NCBI GenBank assembly: GCA_030704615.1 | Contig: CM060732.1 | Location: 43,834,001-43,898,000 of the forward strand | Direction: 5' to 3' | DNA length: 64,000 bases | Source: Takakia lepidozioides | Lineage: Eukaryota > Plantae > Bryophyta | Shown here: positions 50,628 to 63,819 of the stretch, in pieces | Layout: each line of letters starts with the position of its first letter | How positions within the stretch are numbered: the first letter of the stretch is position 1 | The notes under the pieces: generated by a model | Databases searched by the model: none | Seen by the model: only the letters and a program-made list of their open reading frames with translations | Told to the model about the DNA's origin: nothing | Position numbers and translations under genes: made by a program

Positions 50628-52986
50628 TGCAATGTAGTATTGATCCAATTACAAATAGATCAATGATTAAGTAATCATTCATTTTCAAAGTAGCATGAAG
50701 TATATGGGATGTCCATCAGTTTCACTGGCCACTCCAATCCACGATCTTGCACTCCAGCCAATATGTACCAGACACGTGCGTGCACAGGAGGGGGTATTTT
50801 AAACCCCTCCATGTACAACATTATACATATAGAGGGGGGTTTATATCACCTTAAATATAATCTTACAGGAGGGGGTTATTGAATTTTAGGAGTAGTCTAG
50901 TGGTAAGGGCGTAGAATGTGTCGTGATGCACCGTGGGATCAAATCGCGATGCACTGTTGTTTTGCTTTTCTTTTTTTTCTTTTCTCCCCGCGATCTGTCT
51001 CCCGCGGGCTCTCTTTTCCCTCCTCCCCCGCACCCCTTCCGTGTCAGCTTGGTCTTAGCAGGCCATGTTTCAATCTTTGCTCAATCTCGCCGTGCATGCC
51101 ATGGGGCAGTGCAGACAGGCCAAGGCAGTGTTCTTGAGAAGACCACCTTCATAGAACAAGGTAGCCTAACAAAATGAAGACGGGACACTCCCATGGATAT
51201 TATGGAGTATATATCTTTATTTCCTTGGTTCGTGCTTTGGTTTCTGATGCACTACAACTCTTATGGCATGCCATCCATGCACTGAAGCTCATTGCCTTCT
51301 TTCTTCTTTCTTCTTTGTGACCCCCTCTCTTTCTTATTTCTTTTTTCCTCTTATCCCATAAGATCTTTGAGCTTCCTGTAGCCATTGTGAAGTACGATTT
51401 CATTTCATTGCTTTTCTTTCGTTCTGTTCCTCTGCGCCTCTCCACCTATCCTAAGCAGCTGATCGACTTTCAGAATTTTCATCCCGCATGTGGAAACCGA
51501 TATGCAGATGGTCAACTGGAAACAATAGCGGCAGCAGCGCATTGATAGAACAAGGCACTGCTAATGAAGGTACCTTCTTCAACGCATTTCAGCCTGTTTT
51601 CCCTGTTAGTAGAGTCGTCCCTATTTTTTCATGTTGAATTCTGCAAGTTAGCTCGTTGGTGGATCTATGGTGGTTTTGGAGTGATTTTGTGCTCCTTGTA
51701 CCTTCTTCTTCAACCTATTTCAGTCTATTTTGCCCTCTCATCATTAGGGTTTAGGGTGTTTGCTGGAAGAACTTCATGCCATCAGTGTCAGCTGCTAGTA
51801 TCAAGGCTGAGGATGTATTCATGATTTGTCCACAGGCAGGGATAGCTGAGGACCAGGGATAGAGGTCCAGATTCATCCAAGAGGGCCGGATTTCAAACAC
51901 AAGTTTCTTTCTGCTTCCCTGTGGATCAATAGCTACAAGCAATCGCGCGAGGAGATGGTCAACTGGAAACATCAGTGGCAACAGTGCAATTGATAGAACA
52001 AGGCGATGCTAATGAAGGTACATTCTTCAACACATTTCAGCCTGTTTTTCCCTGTTATCATAGTTTTTCCCTGTTTTTACCTGAAGGAGCAGGGATAGAG
52101 TGTGGGTCCAGATTCATCCACGAGGGTTGGACTTCAAGCTCCAGATTACCTTGATTCCATGTGGGTCAGTAGCTACAAGAAACCTACATGGGTAGATGGT
52201 AAACTAAAGGCAGCTATTGCAGCGGCACAGATGATAAAATCAGGCACCTCAACCATGACCACAGCTTCTGAAAGAGGATCAAGAGAGGGAGTCCACAATG
52301 CCTCTTCTGACATTTCTGGGCATGTGAAGATACTTTGTGCGGCAGACAGCCTGACAGAGGCTCTACAGATTCTAAACCAATGAGGCATTTTAGCAGATTC
52401 AGATATGTATGTCTGTCTCTTGCTTAAGTGCATCATTGTCACCAACCAGGGCAAAGGTGGGGCCACTCCTTGGATTAAAACGTATAAATATGTTGGCTTC
52501 CTTTAGCATGCAAAGGAGAGAAGGAAAAGACATAAGCAGTTCGGTTTTCCTTCAGACCTATGTTCGATCCAATCTCAGATGTGGGGAGGTTGATATTTTT
52601 GAGTGTGCAGTTTACCTTCCACTCTCAAACTTCTACAACTCAAAATTTTGCATTGGTAGTAATTCATCCCAATAGTGTCGAGTTCAATCTATTCGCAGCA
52701 GACTCGGCTGTAACTTTGGGAAATTTCATCAGCTAGGTTTGACAACCTACGGTGTTGAAGGGATTTGTAGAGGAACTCAGTGTATGGAGGGCTCACTCTG
52801 TTTTGGGTGATGGCGGCACGTTTTGCAGTTGGCTGGGCTTCACTGCTTGCTCACCGAAGACCATGGCGTGTCTCTCATATTGCAGCGGTACTGTTCATTC
52901 TCCTCGTCAGCTTGTGCAATCCTTACCTTTGGAGATGTACTTCAATGAAGGAAGGGCAGAGGGAGGATGGTTTCCAGTGAGAAGCT

Positions 52987-54036
52987 AGTTAGATTGTACT
53001 CATAAGACGTTGTTTGTCGTAGCCTTGTGGACTTTGACCCCGCGCCCAGTTTGAGCGGGAACAAAAGGGACAGAACCTACCTCTGTCAGGGGCTGACGTT
53101 GGTAGTAAGACTTACCTTCATATATAGAATTAATCCGGGTTTTCCAGATATCCTCTAGAAATCCCTTCACACAAGCATCAATCTGCTGTGTGTGATTTGC
53201 CCAAAAACTAGGCCTCAGGAGGGCCTGGGCTTTTGGCTCAGCCTCGAGACTTTCAAAGTTGGTAAACAGGGGTACATGCACAATTCCCTTGATAGATTTG
53301 AAGAGAGCGTCTCTTTGGTGAGAGAACCCCGGACAGTGTATCAGAAAATGAATATTGTCTTTAGATTGCCCACACAATGGGAAGTGCACTCCCCCTTTCC
53401 TCTCTGCTTTTGTTTGCTGTTCAAAGGTAGGCTTCCTTCCCTGAGTTTAAATTTCAGTCTAGTGCCGAGAGTGGGTGGACCCTTGAGGTCATCCAAGATG
53501 TCCTCCCCCATGTCACTGACTAGAAACAAGTTCAGGGAAGTTTTCTGCCTAACTTCATTTTCATCAGACAATCTCATGGCAACAGACATGGCTTTGGACA
53601 CTACAGCCTCTAAGTCGGATTTATCCAGCAGGGTCAAGACTTGCGGATCCAGGTCCAGGTCCTTGAGAATCTCTTCTACTCTGGTGTTGGGAAAACACCT
53701 TTTGATCTCAGTCCAAACCAGGAAGTGGTTAGAGGTACCAATATCAGTTCTGTCGATCAACACATTGGCACACTGGGGGAACAAATTTTTGTCCATTATG
53801 ATATAGTCCACAATGGAACGTTCCCCAGTTTGGGATTTCTCACGAGTCCACTGCACTTGGTCACCTCTTGTCTTGTTATTCAAGGTCAAAAGCTGAAGCT
53901 CTTCCAGACAGTTAATTAACCGTCTGCCATTAGAATTCAGCTCGTCCTCACCAGAAGACCCAATGATATCGTCCTGATGGAGCCCTTTGCCCACTTGGGC
54001 ATTGAAGTCACCTTGCAATAGCACCACAGACATGAA
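52987..54036 (-). mobile_element. RTEX-like LINE derivative: APE endonuclease fused in frame to the C-terminus, RT deleted
   Basis: GDFNA, NSNGRRL, SIVDYII, SNHFLV; same 3' end as the TIC110-intron copies; 8-bp TSD GAGAAGCT at 52979-52986 and 54037-54044. Confidence 0.85.
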
Positions 54037-55190
54037 GAGAAGCTTTGGAATGAGACACTTTTCTGACCCCAGTCAATGGTGGGACAATGTGGGTGGATGG
54101 TCAACTGGAAACAGCAGCGGCAACAGCGCAATTGATAGAGCAAGGCATTGCTGATGAAGGTACCTTCTTCAACACATTTCAGCCTGAGGGCACCTTCTGG
54201 TTTGACCTGTTTCAGCCTGTTTTTCCTCTCATCCTCCTCAGCCCTGAAGCATATGTATTGAATTCTGTAAGTTAGCTCGTTGGGTGGATCTGCGGTGCTT
54301 TGGAGTGACTTTGCAAGTTACTGCCGAGGTGGCAGCATGACAGTACCTAAAAAAAGATAACAGAGATGGAGAGAAGCTTTCAAGGAATGAATACTTCTCT
54401 GACCCCAGTCAGTGGTGGGACAATGTGAGTAGATGGTCAACTGGAAATAGCAGCGGCAGCAGCGCAATTAATAGAACAAGGGACTACTAATGAAGGTACC
54501 TTCTTCAACACATTTCAGCCTGTTTTTCCCTGTTATTAGAGTCGTCCCTAAATTTCCAGATGGTCGGATTCCAAGCTCCAGATTACCTATGATTCCATGT
54601 GGAAGGATAGCTACAAGAAACCTGCATGGGTAGATGGTCAACTGGAAGCCACTGTAGCAGCTGCAGAGGCATGATGTACGCATTGTTAGTGTGGAGGGAG
54701 GGGTAGCTGTTGATGCAGGGAGAGGATCATGGGTGCAAAATCATCCAAGAGGGCCAGATTTGGAGCAAGGAACAGCGCTGGCAGGAGTTCTATAAATATG
54801 ATCCACAACGGTGGGACAATATTGTCAACAAGGTGAGCTTTCTTCATGCAACATCGTAGGGAGTTTGACAGAACTTTGTATTTAAATATGTTAGTGTGGA
54901 GGGAGGGCTAGCCGCTGATGCAAGGATGGACTGTGGGTTCAGGATCACCCAAGAGGGCTACCAGCAGTGGAAGTAGCAGCATTTGGTCAATAGCAGCAGC
55001 AAGAATTAGCAACGTCAAACTCATCAATCAGGTACTTGCTTCTGTATACATTTCATCCTCTTATCAACGTAGTCCCTGCTTGGACAGCCTATAGGGTTGT
55101 ATAAAACATGACTTTGGAACCTTCCAACCCGGGTGCTTTGTTATTGGTCTATCAAGGTCTGATTTGAAATGTTTTCATTGCATTTTGCAG

Positions 55191-58100
55191 GTGAACTCAT
55201 CATGGAAGAAGAGTTGGAAGTAAAAGTCCTGCTCGTTGGAGGAGATGCATCACCAAACAGGCTTGGTTCTGTGTTCACTATGCAAGGTGTCACATACAAA
55301 TGCATCCGAGCAAAATTCTAGGTGATGAGCTTGTCTCAGCAAAATTTCATTTCCTTTCCATGGGGGATAGTGTCCTTTCAGCCAAGCAGGAAGAGAGGAT
55401 GGTTCTGAAAGGGGATACTGTACACATTAAAATTTCAGACCAAAATGATGGGGACCAAGGATTGAAAAGACCTCTATCTTCCAGTGGTTCTACGATCTTG
55501 CATGAGGACAGACCAGGCGAGGACCCGGCACCAGTGTCTACCAAGATGAGGATGGACCTTGATACACCCTTTGCTGGCGATGGTGGAAATGAAGACCATG
55601 TACATGAGCATGCACTTCAGCAGAGATCTGGTAGATTGTGCAGCACGTTGGCTACATCCAACGATATTCAAAAATGGCAGAAAGAGATTAGAGCCGTTGA
55701 AAGGAAATCTCTGCAGAAGGACGATGTGACAAGTTTGAGCTGATGACAAAGGATCAACAAGGACAAGCAATGTTCCACATATGGTGTGTTGAGTGTGAGG
55801 ATGTTTATGCACGGTCTGGGAAAAACAAATCATATGATGCATGTGCAAACTTTATGAGATCTCATTTGAGGAGTGAGGGGCATCGCATAGCCTATGAGAG
55901 GCGTCATGGGAAGGGTTCATCACAATGTGTCATCAGCCCTGTAAATGCAGATGAAGCATTAGATGCAAAGAAGAACAGGGTGAAGGAGGCATTAGAGAAA
56001 GTCGCTCGGTTTTGTGAGGACAATCCTGGAAACAGATTTGAGATTGTGGAAGCCACAATTGGAGACTATTCGCAGTTGGGTTCCATAAGGATTAGGTGCC
56101 CACTTGATTCGAAGTGGCTACTCTTGTTTCCAAGGACAGGTTCTTTGCAATCTTCTTTGACAGAGCATGTGAAAGGAAAAACTCATGTCGATGCAGAGAT
56201 TTGCCAGAAGGTTGGAAGTAGTGAAGGACCGTGCAAAAAGAGAGGAAGGCCTCCAAAGCCTATGATTGCCAAAGATGTAAAGCAACGGGATCTAAGCTCT
56301 TTCTTGGTCAGTCAACCTGTGTTGCCGTCCCCACCACTTGACAATCCAATTGTGGCATCAACAATGGGAGCATCCTCGTCACAAACTCCATACACTTGTG
56401 TTGACGCTGCCCAACGGGCAGATCTGATTGAGGATTGACAATTACAGCAAAGGTCCCAATGCAACAAAGGAAGAGACAGTTTGTGTTGGGGCCTATGGGA
56501 TGAATGGTGGGAGTACAACCAGCAGAGAATAAGTCAGAAATCATTCCTTCAAGATAGCAAGGGAGGAAAGAATTGGTATGTCGAGCCGTTGACAAATGCA
56601 ACCATCACTCTAAACAATCAAGAGCATAAGGTTGTTGGTACGTTTTGGCACGCGGATTGTTTTAGAGTGTCATTGGATGGGGAGCCATTTCCAAACTTGA
56701 GATGTTCAACATGTTCTTCCATTCCCTTAGAAAATGACTTCAGAATGAGGGTATATAGAGAAAGAGGTGCCATGGAATGTAGAGGGGAGAGAGATACTAG
56801 CAAGGGAATAAGGTTGTCATATCTTGGAAATGCCGAGATTGTCAAACAAGTTTACAAAAACAGACAGGAGTTGAGACAGTTGAGGTTCAAATTGTGGGAG
56901 GCCAAGACCAAAGTGGCATCCTTGTCTGTGCGATATAGGGGTTTGAAGGAGTCTGGGATTGAGGCAATTGAAAGAGGAGATGTTCTCAAATTTTGTCGTG
57001 ATATTGTTGATGCACATAGGAGGGGGATTTTGAAGGAAAAGAAAGTTTGTGGGATTTTCTTGTTGATATGGGCAAGAATATTGACAGGTCTCCACAAGGG
57101 AAGAGGTATGGTACTAGCACAAAAACAATGTTTGAGACTGTGCAGCTTTGGGGGGGTCCGAGATTGCATCATTTTTTGGCTTCAAATGTGGGGGGTCCTT
57201 CTATTGATACTACAAGACAGTCTTTGAGGAAAGGTTTGAAGTATAGAGCGGGAGAAACGGATGATATATTTCAGCATGTGGCTGGAATTTACAGAGATGT
57301 GATGGAAGATGCAAATATTCCAATGGGAAGCATCCCAGTGATGGTGGCCGAAGATGAAACTGTTGTGAAACGATTGGTACGTTGGATTGCTAGGGATGAC
57401 ACCCTTCTCGGGTTTTGTGGGCTTCAAGACAACCATGTATGTATTTCAAATTTTGTGGTGCAAGTGGGAGAAGGGGAATCAGGGTACGAACATATTGTGG
57501 AGGCATTCAAAAACAATGTGGTTGCCCATTATGCTAGAGTGTTGATAGCAAATCCTCTACATGTACGGTTACCTCGATTGGTATTGGTAATCCAGCTCAC
57601 TTGCAATAGATTTGACAACAATTTTGTGAGATCGCAATGGGAAGTGGTGAGACAGTTGTGGGACAAATATGTGAGGGACGTGGTTGGGCCTATAATTGGG
57701 CATGCTTCAGACGAAGATAGTAGGAGGAGAAAAGTGATGTTAGAAAATTATGCCAATGGGGCTGGAAGTAGATTTTGCATCCCTTGGGAAGGATGGTTGT
57801 TTACAGGTCGAGTGTGCAACAGGGGAGATATATATGGACTCCATGATCAGGACTTCATCCACAATGGGAAAAAATTGGTAAATCCCTTGGACAGTGCATC
57901 ACGGACTTTGATGATGGGTGATGAGGTTGCTACATTGAATCATGTGTTATTGGTCTACCATTCATTTTCAGTGGACAAGCATGGACTTCGGGAATATGAT
58001 ATCAAAAGAGAAGATCGACAGAATTGGCAGCTCAACGACTGGCATCTCGGAAGGTGCAAGCTTGTTTGAGGGAGTTACAATCAACTGTGAATCATCGAAG

Positions 58101-59646
58101 AGAGAGGACCAAAGATACTGAAATTTACCTACACATCATTTCATGCTACATCGACATTTTTTTGTCTCCTCACATGTCATTGTGTGAGAGGGTATTATCT
58201 GCTGCGAAGGTATCATTTTTTTTTTCAGATTGTGGAAGTTGCGGCTATTCCACCACGAGGTGTATAATCTGAAATCCTTCTTCATTAGCAGGGAAGCATA
58301 CTTGGATTTACAAATTTCATGCTACTACGTGGTTCTACTTATCAAATTGTTCAAGGATAAGTTTAATCATGTGCAAGTTCCTTTGAGCCTTGTTGGTTCA
58401 GATGTGTGTGAAATATTCTTCAGCAAAGTGGGAGGTATGTTACGAAATGAGAGGACATATGACGGGTGTGATTTGATTGAGAGTGCGGGAGCATCAACAC
58501 GCATATCCGAGTTCGAGGTGAATCCAAAAGGACCCAAGTTCTCAAGAGCTCACAAGAAACAAGAACACATATGGTCTTCTTTGGAGAAGAAGCCAGGTAT
58601 CCCCCTTGCTGATTTGTCCGACTTTTCTACTGTCCAATCAGATGATTGCATTGTGGAGGCTTTGAAAACTGGATTTCTAGAAGCGCAACTTTTATGCCAT
58701 AAACTTGGGATGAAACCAAACAAAGCAACAAACTTGGATTGGTGGAATGGGCCATGGACAATTGAGAGACAAATGGAGGCCGAGCTATTCAAAAGCATGG
58801 AAGAGGAGGGTGATGATGTCGATGCCATAGATTCTATTTGTCCTCTTAATGCAGACACACATATTCAAAATGAGGTCGTGGAAGATGAATTGGTGTGGCG
58901 GGCCTTCGAATTCAATGGAGGATGTTTTGAGCCAACCTTTGGATGATCATGCGGAAGAGGTACTTGTTCAGAGTGAATTGAGACATACTCTGGATGCTGT
59001 CATTGATGAGTTTGAACAAGAGAAAGATGGATCGAAGGCAGTGGTTCCATTTGTCAAAGTAGACGGGAAGACCATATTCAAAAGCACTTTGGTTAGCCAA
59101 CTCAATGGCAACCCTACTCTATCCAAGGATAGATTGACACGAGTAAGAAGTGCATCGATGTTGTTTTGCCGAGAAAACAAACCAACTACCAGCAACAAAG
59201 CCACGAGCTTGGGATTGGGTTCAGATTGTGCTGTATTTTTTGTTGATGAGGAGACTGCGATCCAAACTACAAACAAGAAAGGTAGACCAGGGAAAACCTG
59301 CAGAGGAGCAACCAAAGGCACTTGGTATTTGGGCAGGGTTCAAAGAATGCGGAAGAAAATCAATAAGCGGTTTGTAGAATGTAGGGATTCTGTTGATTTA
59401 TTGGAGCGTCCTTCTCATATGGAGATTAGGTTAGCATGGTACCAAAAAATTCGAGGATGGGTCTATACGTACGATTTGACAGATAACATGATGGTTGATT
59501 TGGATTCCATTATCGCGTTAGCATGTTTAAAGTACAATGTCAAGTCAAACACATATGTTCTTGATGCAAATGACCGAAAAGTCTTTGACAACTTTATCAA
59601 AGGCAATTTTTTTTTAATTAATTTGTTAGATTTTATTATGTTTTAA
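55191..59646 (+). pseudogene. P-element/THAP9-like DDE transposase with N-terminal C2H2-like fingers and AT-hook
   Basis: EDET (57350-57361), ASDEDSRRRK (57710), QDFIHNGKKLVN (D(2)H, 57851), DRQNW, GSDVCEIFFSK (58410); CVEC..HLRSEGH; KRGRPPK; several frameshifts. Confidence 0.75.
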
Positions 59647-59897
59647 ATGAATAAATTCGATATAATATAAAAACATACATATACATATTGGAGGGTTATT
59701 TTTAATGATGGAAAATGAGAATATACATACAGAAGGAGGTACTTTCTAAAAATTGTAAATTTTTGTATATTTACAGGAGGGGATTTTATAATCTTCAAAA
59801 AGTATGTACAGATGGGGTATAAACTATCCAAGGACCCGTATACAGGGGGTTTTTTTATTAGGCGACGAACGCACGTGATACGCACAGTTTATAAAGA

Positions 59898-61048
59898 GTG
59901 CACCCCACGGGATTTTGGCTAATTCACCCAGTACCAGGACCCCCTACTACCAATCCCATACGTAACATAAAATCCACTATTACACGCAAAACACACAAAC
60001 AAGCCTCAGCCTCTACTAGCCATACCAAAGCTCATATCCAAAAATGGACACAATCTACAGTTCTTCACCACAAATTGTCAAACTCCTTCTGGCGCACCAA
60101 GACTGTCGCCGACGCGCAAATTCGACAAACACTCAAATTTCATTATGCCCAATACATGGGACACCAACGCAAGTACATCTTCAAGCCACGCCTATTCTCA
60201 TCCCCCAACTCCCCGTTTTGCTCACGTACACATACAGCACGTGACACATGGCCCCACCTCCTTAGTCAGTGTACTCACCCCATTATATATGGTCTCCGCG
60301 TCACTCATCATAATCACGCAGTCTGGCACATCCATAAACTTATCATGTCCAAATTAGAAACCAGATGGTTCTCACTCATCAATGCTGGTACCTACCAAGG
60401 CCGACCCCCTGACCACACTGTCCCTCACTGGATACTTCAGTATACTTGTCATCACTCATCATGTACCTGCCCCTCTCGGCTCTGCCCGGATATTCTACTT
60501 GTTCAAGCCTTACCCATCAATGCCCCCCTACCCACTTCCCCTTCCCCAGAATTAACCATTCACTTCGTTGAATTCACATACTGTAATGACCGATACCCAG
60601 CTCCCTCCACCCTAGAGAAACAACAGAAATATGCCTCCTCATCCTCACCATCCGCCAGCGTGGATGGCGCACCGGCCCCATATCAGTTATCACAACCAGT
60701 ACTAGAGGTGGGATTCATACTGCCAGTATAAATGCGTTTCACGACAATCTTAAAATCCCTATCCCCTCGATCCATAAATGCTTTAAAGCCATCCACCTCA
60801 CTGCGCTCCGCTCCCTCACTACCATCATCACCAATAAGCAACAACTCGAGTCCAACCCCTCTGCGACACCCCAGGGTACCCCTGGGTACTCTAGGCACCA
60901 CTACCCTATTTCCTACCTCCTCCTGGTTACCCAGTGTCCCCTGGACACTTGTTCTCTTTATAGGGCCCACCCCCAAAAGGGGGCAATAGCCGTAAGGCGA
61001 AGTGGCTCTTAGTTACGCTGGCTTTGGCCGGAGTTTTCTCTCTCTATA
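59898..61048 (+). mobile_element. 3' fragment of an RLE-type LINE (RandI/Dualen-like)
   Basis: Zn motif FC..DTWPHLLSQC, HHNHAV (RHN-like), LINAG, VPHWIL, LCPDILLV, FVEFTYCND..EKQQKY restriction-like endonuclease; ends in a TC run. Confidence 0.7.
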
Positions 61049-62873
61049 TAATAAAGCCCCGATATGATAAAAACCCAAAGTTGTGCATTCATTCATTCAT
61101 CACATAATTAATCCATAATCCTTTCATTTGTGCATGACGATGCAAGTGGGGTCCGTAAGACAATCACTCGTGCGCCTATTACCATACCATGCCTCATTCA
61201 ACAAATGTAACCTATTATAGGTCCACCCATGCCCTGTATTCACCCCATAGGTTGTCGTCATGGGGTGGTGGTTGGTGATAGGGTGCTCTACTCTATTCGC
61301 GTGTTCATGCGAGTACACTCACCTGCTCACGTCAGCAGAGTCACCCACTGCCCCTGCACACTCACCAATTCCCGTAATCCATCTACCAATCTAAACATGT
61401 GTTCTACGTGAAGCCCGAGACATCATGATAAGACGGATATGCAATGCTTTGATGTTGGAAATGGAAGGTTTTTATATGTGTGGGTTTTAGGCTCTTAGGC
61501 GGCCTGGGGTGTTGGAATTGGGTGACTGCCCCACCTGCATTCAATGCTCCCAATAGTTAGTGTCTCCCTATTAGGTGCCTAGTTAGTCTTAACTGAATTT
61601 AGTGCCCCATTCACAGTTAACACTAATAAGAGAATCACTAATTGGAGAACTTAAATCTAATGGCGCCCCACTAAAATATCAATTAGTGCCCTATTTGTAT
61701 GGCGATTCAGCCCTGTGCGTCCTATGAAAACAGCCTTTGCCAAGTGACATATGAGAGCTTGTTGGTCGGGTCTGCCTTTGCTCTACTCCACTGCCCAGCT
61801 CCACTTATTCCAGTCCCTATAACTGCTCCTATACCAATACCATACCAGGCCTGAATAATGTCTCCTCTCCATCCTCGTTAAGCAAACAGACATTGTCTAA
61901 GGGCCTTATCTCTAAACTGCCCCTACCTTCATCTTCCCCCGTTTCTAACCCATGTCTCTGTTTTACAGAACCGTCTCCAGGCAATGGCTCTTCCTCACTC
62001 TCGAGTCCTGGCTACCAAGCCCTCTGGGCACGTTGGTTCTCTACACTTCAAACCGTCCTACAAAAAAGCTACTCCCCCTGCAGAATTATACACATTTTCT
62101 GGACCACTTCAAATTCGTTTTCAATACTGTGCTTCCACTCTTGTCTCACCATGACCTCACTTACTATCCGCTCTCAACTGCCCCACTGGGACATGCTGTA
62201 TCTCTCCAGTTCAAAAGGCTTTACACAAAGGCTACACTCCCCTGGGGAGCCTGCACAAATATTTCCACTTCAAGATCATACTCAATTTTATGCGTCAACT
62301 CTTCATGCATCATCTTGTCTAGCATTTGCTCCCAATCACTATCCACTCACATGTTACTCGTGTCCACTTCCTAAATTGTTCCTATCCACTTACGTCCAGC
62401 CCCTGCACTCACTACAACAGATTGCGGCTTTTATGACTCCCATGGGTGCGCAGTCATGACAAATTTGTGGCAGAAATACCATTTGCAGTCGAAAATGCTT
62501 TTGAAGTCATAATGCAGGTCTGGGGAAGGCGTATATGCGTCTGCATGGCTCTGGACTCAGGTCAAACATGTTTGACCACGAATATTGGCATGGCAGATAT
62601 GACTACCAGTCACAGTCATGGCTACACTGGAATGACGTGTGCATATTGCAAGACAGACATATGACTTCATGACTCTCACTCTAATGCATTCTGCCAGATC
62701 ATCACATGGATGAATCACTACATGACTACACGTGTCGACACATGCTTTTCTGGTGTGGTTTTTTTTTAATGTACGATGTGAAGAAGTTTGTCCATCCTGC
62801 AAATGTGGGCTGTTGGCTCCTGTTAGTACCATGATTTGATATTCTCCCTAATGTTTACAAGGTTCTTGGGAAA

Positions 62874-63325
62874 GTCAGCTTGGTCTTAGCAGGCCGTGTT
62901 TCAATGTCTGCCTGCTCAGCTGCACCGTGGTGCAGGTTCTCACTGACCAATCCGACATTACCTGACTACAGACACAAGCATCACACACAAGAGGTCCTTT
63001 TGTCGGTCAAATCCTCCATGGGTCATGACACAAGGTCAAGGACAGTGTGGTGAGGGCACCTTCTTCTTCGACCTATTTCAGCCTGTTTTGCCCTCTCATC
63101 AGACTCGGCCCTGAGATGCATATTGAATTTTGTAAGTTAGCTCATTGCTCGTCGATAAGTAGGGTTGGGGGTGTTTGCTGGAACAATTCTAGGCTGTCAT
63201 TGTCAGCTGCTAGCAGGAAGGCAAGGATGTATGCATGATTTTGTGCAGAGGCATAGATAGCTGAAGGAGCAGGGATAGAGTGTGGGCCCAGATTCGTCCA
63301 AGAGGGCCGGATTTCAAGCTCCCTT
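62874..63325 (+). repeat. Paralogous copy of sequence from the left part of the P-like element
   Basis: gtcagcttggtcttagcaggcc matches ~51042; 63057-63320 matches ~51570-51900. Confidence 0.75.
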
Positions 63326-63819
63326 ATTTCAGTGTCATCCATTCAGCCAGGGATTTCCTGGTGACATTGCCAAGGCTTTACTCGCAACACGATGCTTGTA
63401 AAGCTTCCTTAGCTTGAATGCTGATTATGCTTGAATTATTAGGTTTGTAAAGCCAGTTTTGAAATTTTCATGGTAATCAGCTCTCTTGAAAATCTGTAGG
63501 TTGCAAGCCATTTACAGCGGGCCGTGGGTGGACTGGAAGATAGCCATTGAAAGTCCTGGTGCAAGTTAATACCAGTGGAGAGCAGTGTAAGCTTCATATG
63601 CCTTTTTGGTGCTAGTTATCTTCATGTATGGTACTGTTGAACACCAACAATCTTTTGATGAGATTCTGTCTTGGTGCACGTGTCTGATAAAGAAAGACGG
63701 TAATGTTTGTTCTGAAACCTGAAGGTGTGAAATGATTCAACACAACAAGAGCATTACGCGTGTCACAGTACAAGCTGTAAGAAAGCAAGAGATACATAGT
63801 TATACAGTCAAACAGACAA

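Larger units (their letters stand above)
50773..59877 (+). mobile_element. P-superfamily-like DNA transposon (~9.1 kb)
   Basis: 9-bp TIRs CACGTGCGT (50773-50781) and ACGCACGTG (59869-59877). ACAGGAGGGGG(T)TATT-like subterminal motifs cluster at both ends and enclose a P-like transposase. The TSD is not clean. Confidence 0.65.

Noticed and set aside
61750-62460. Possible degenerate LINE C-terminus
   Set aside because: Too eroded to support a call from motifs.
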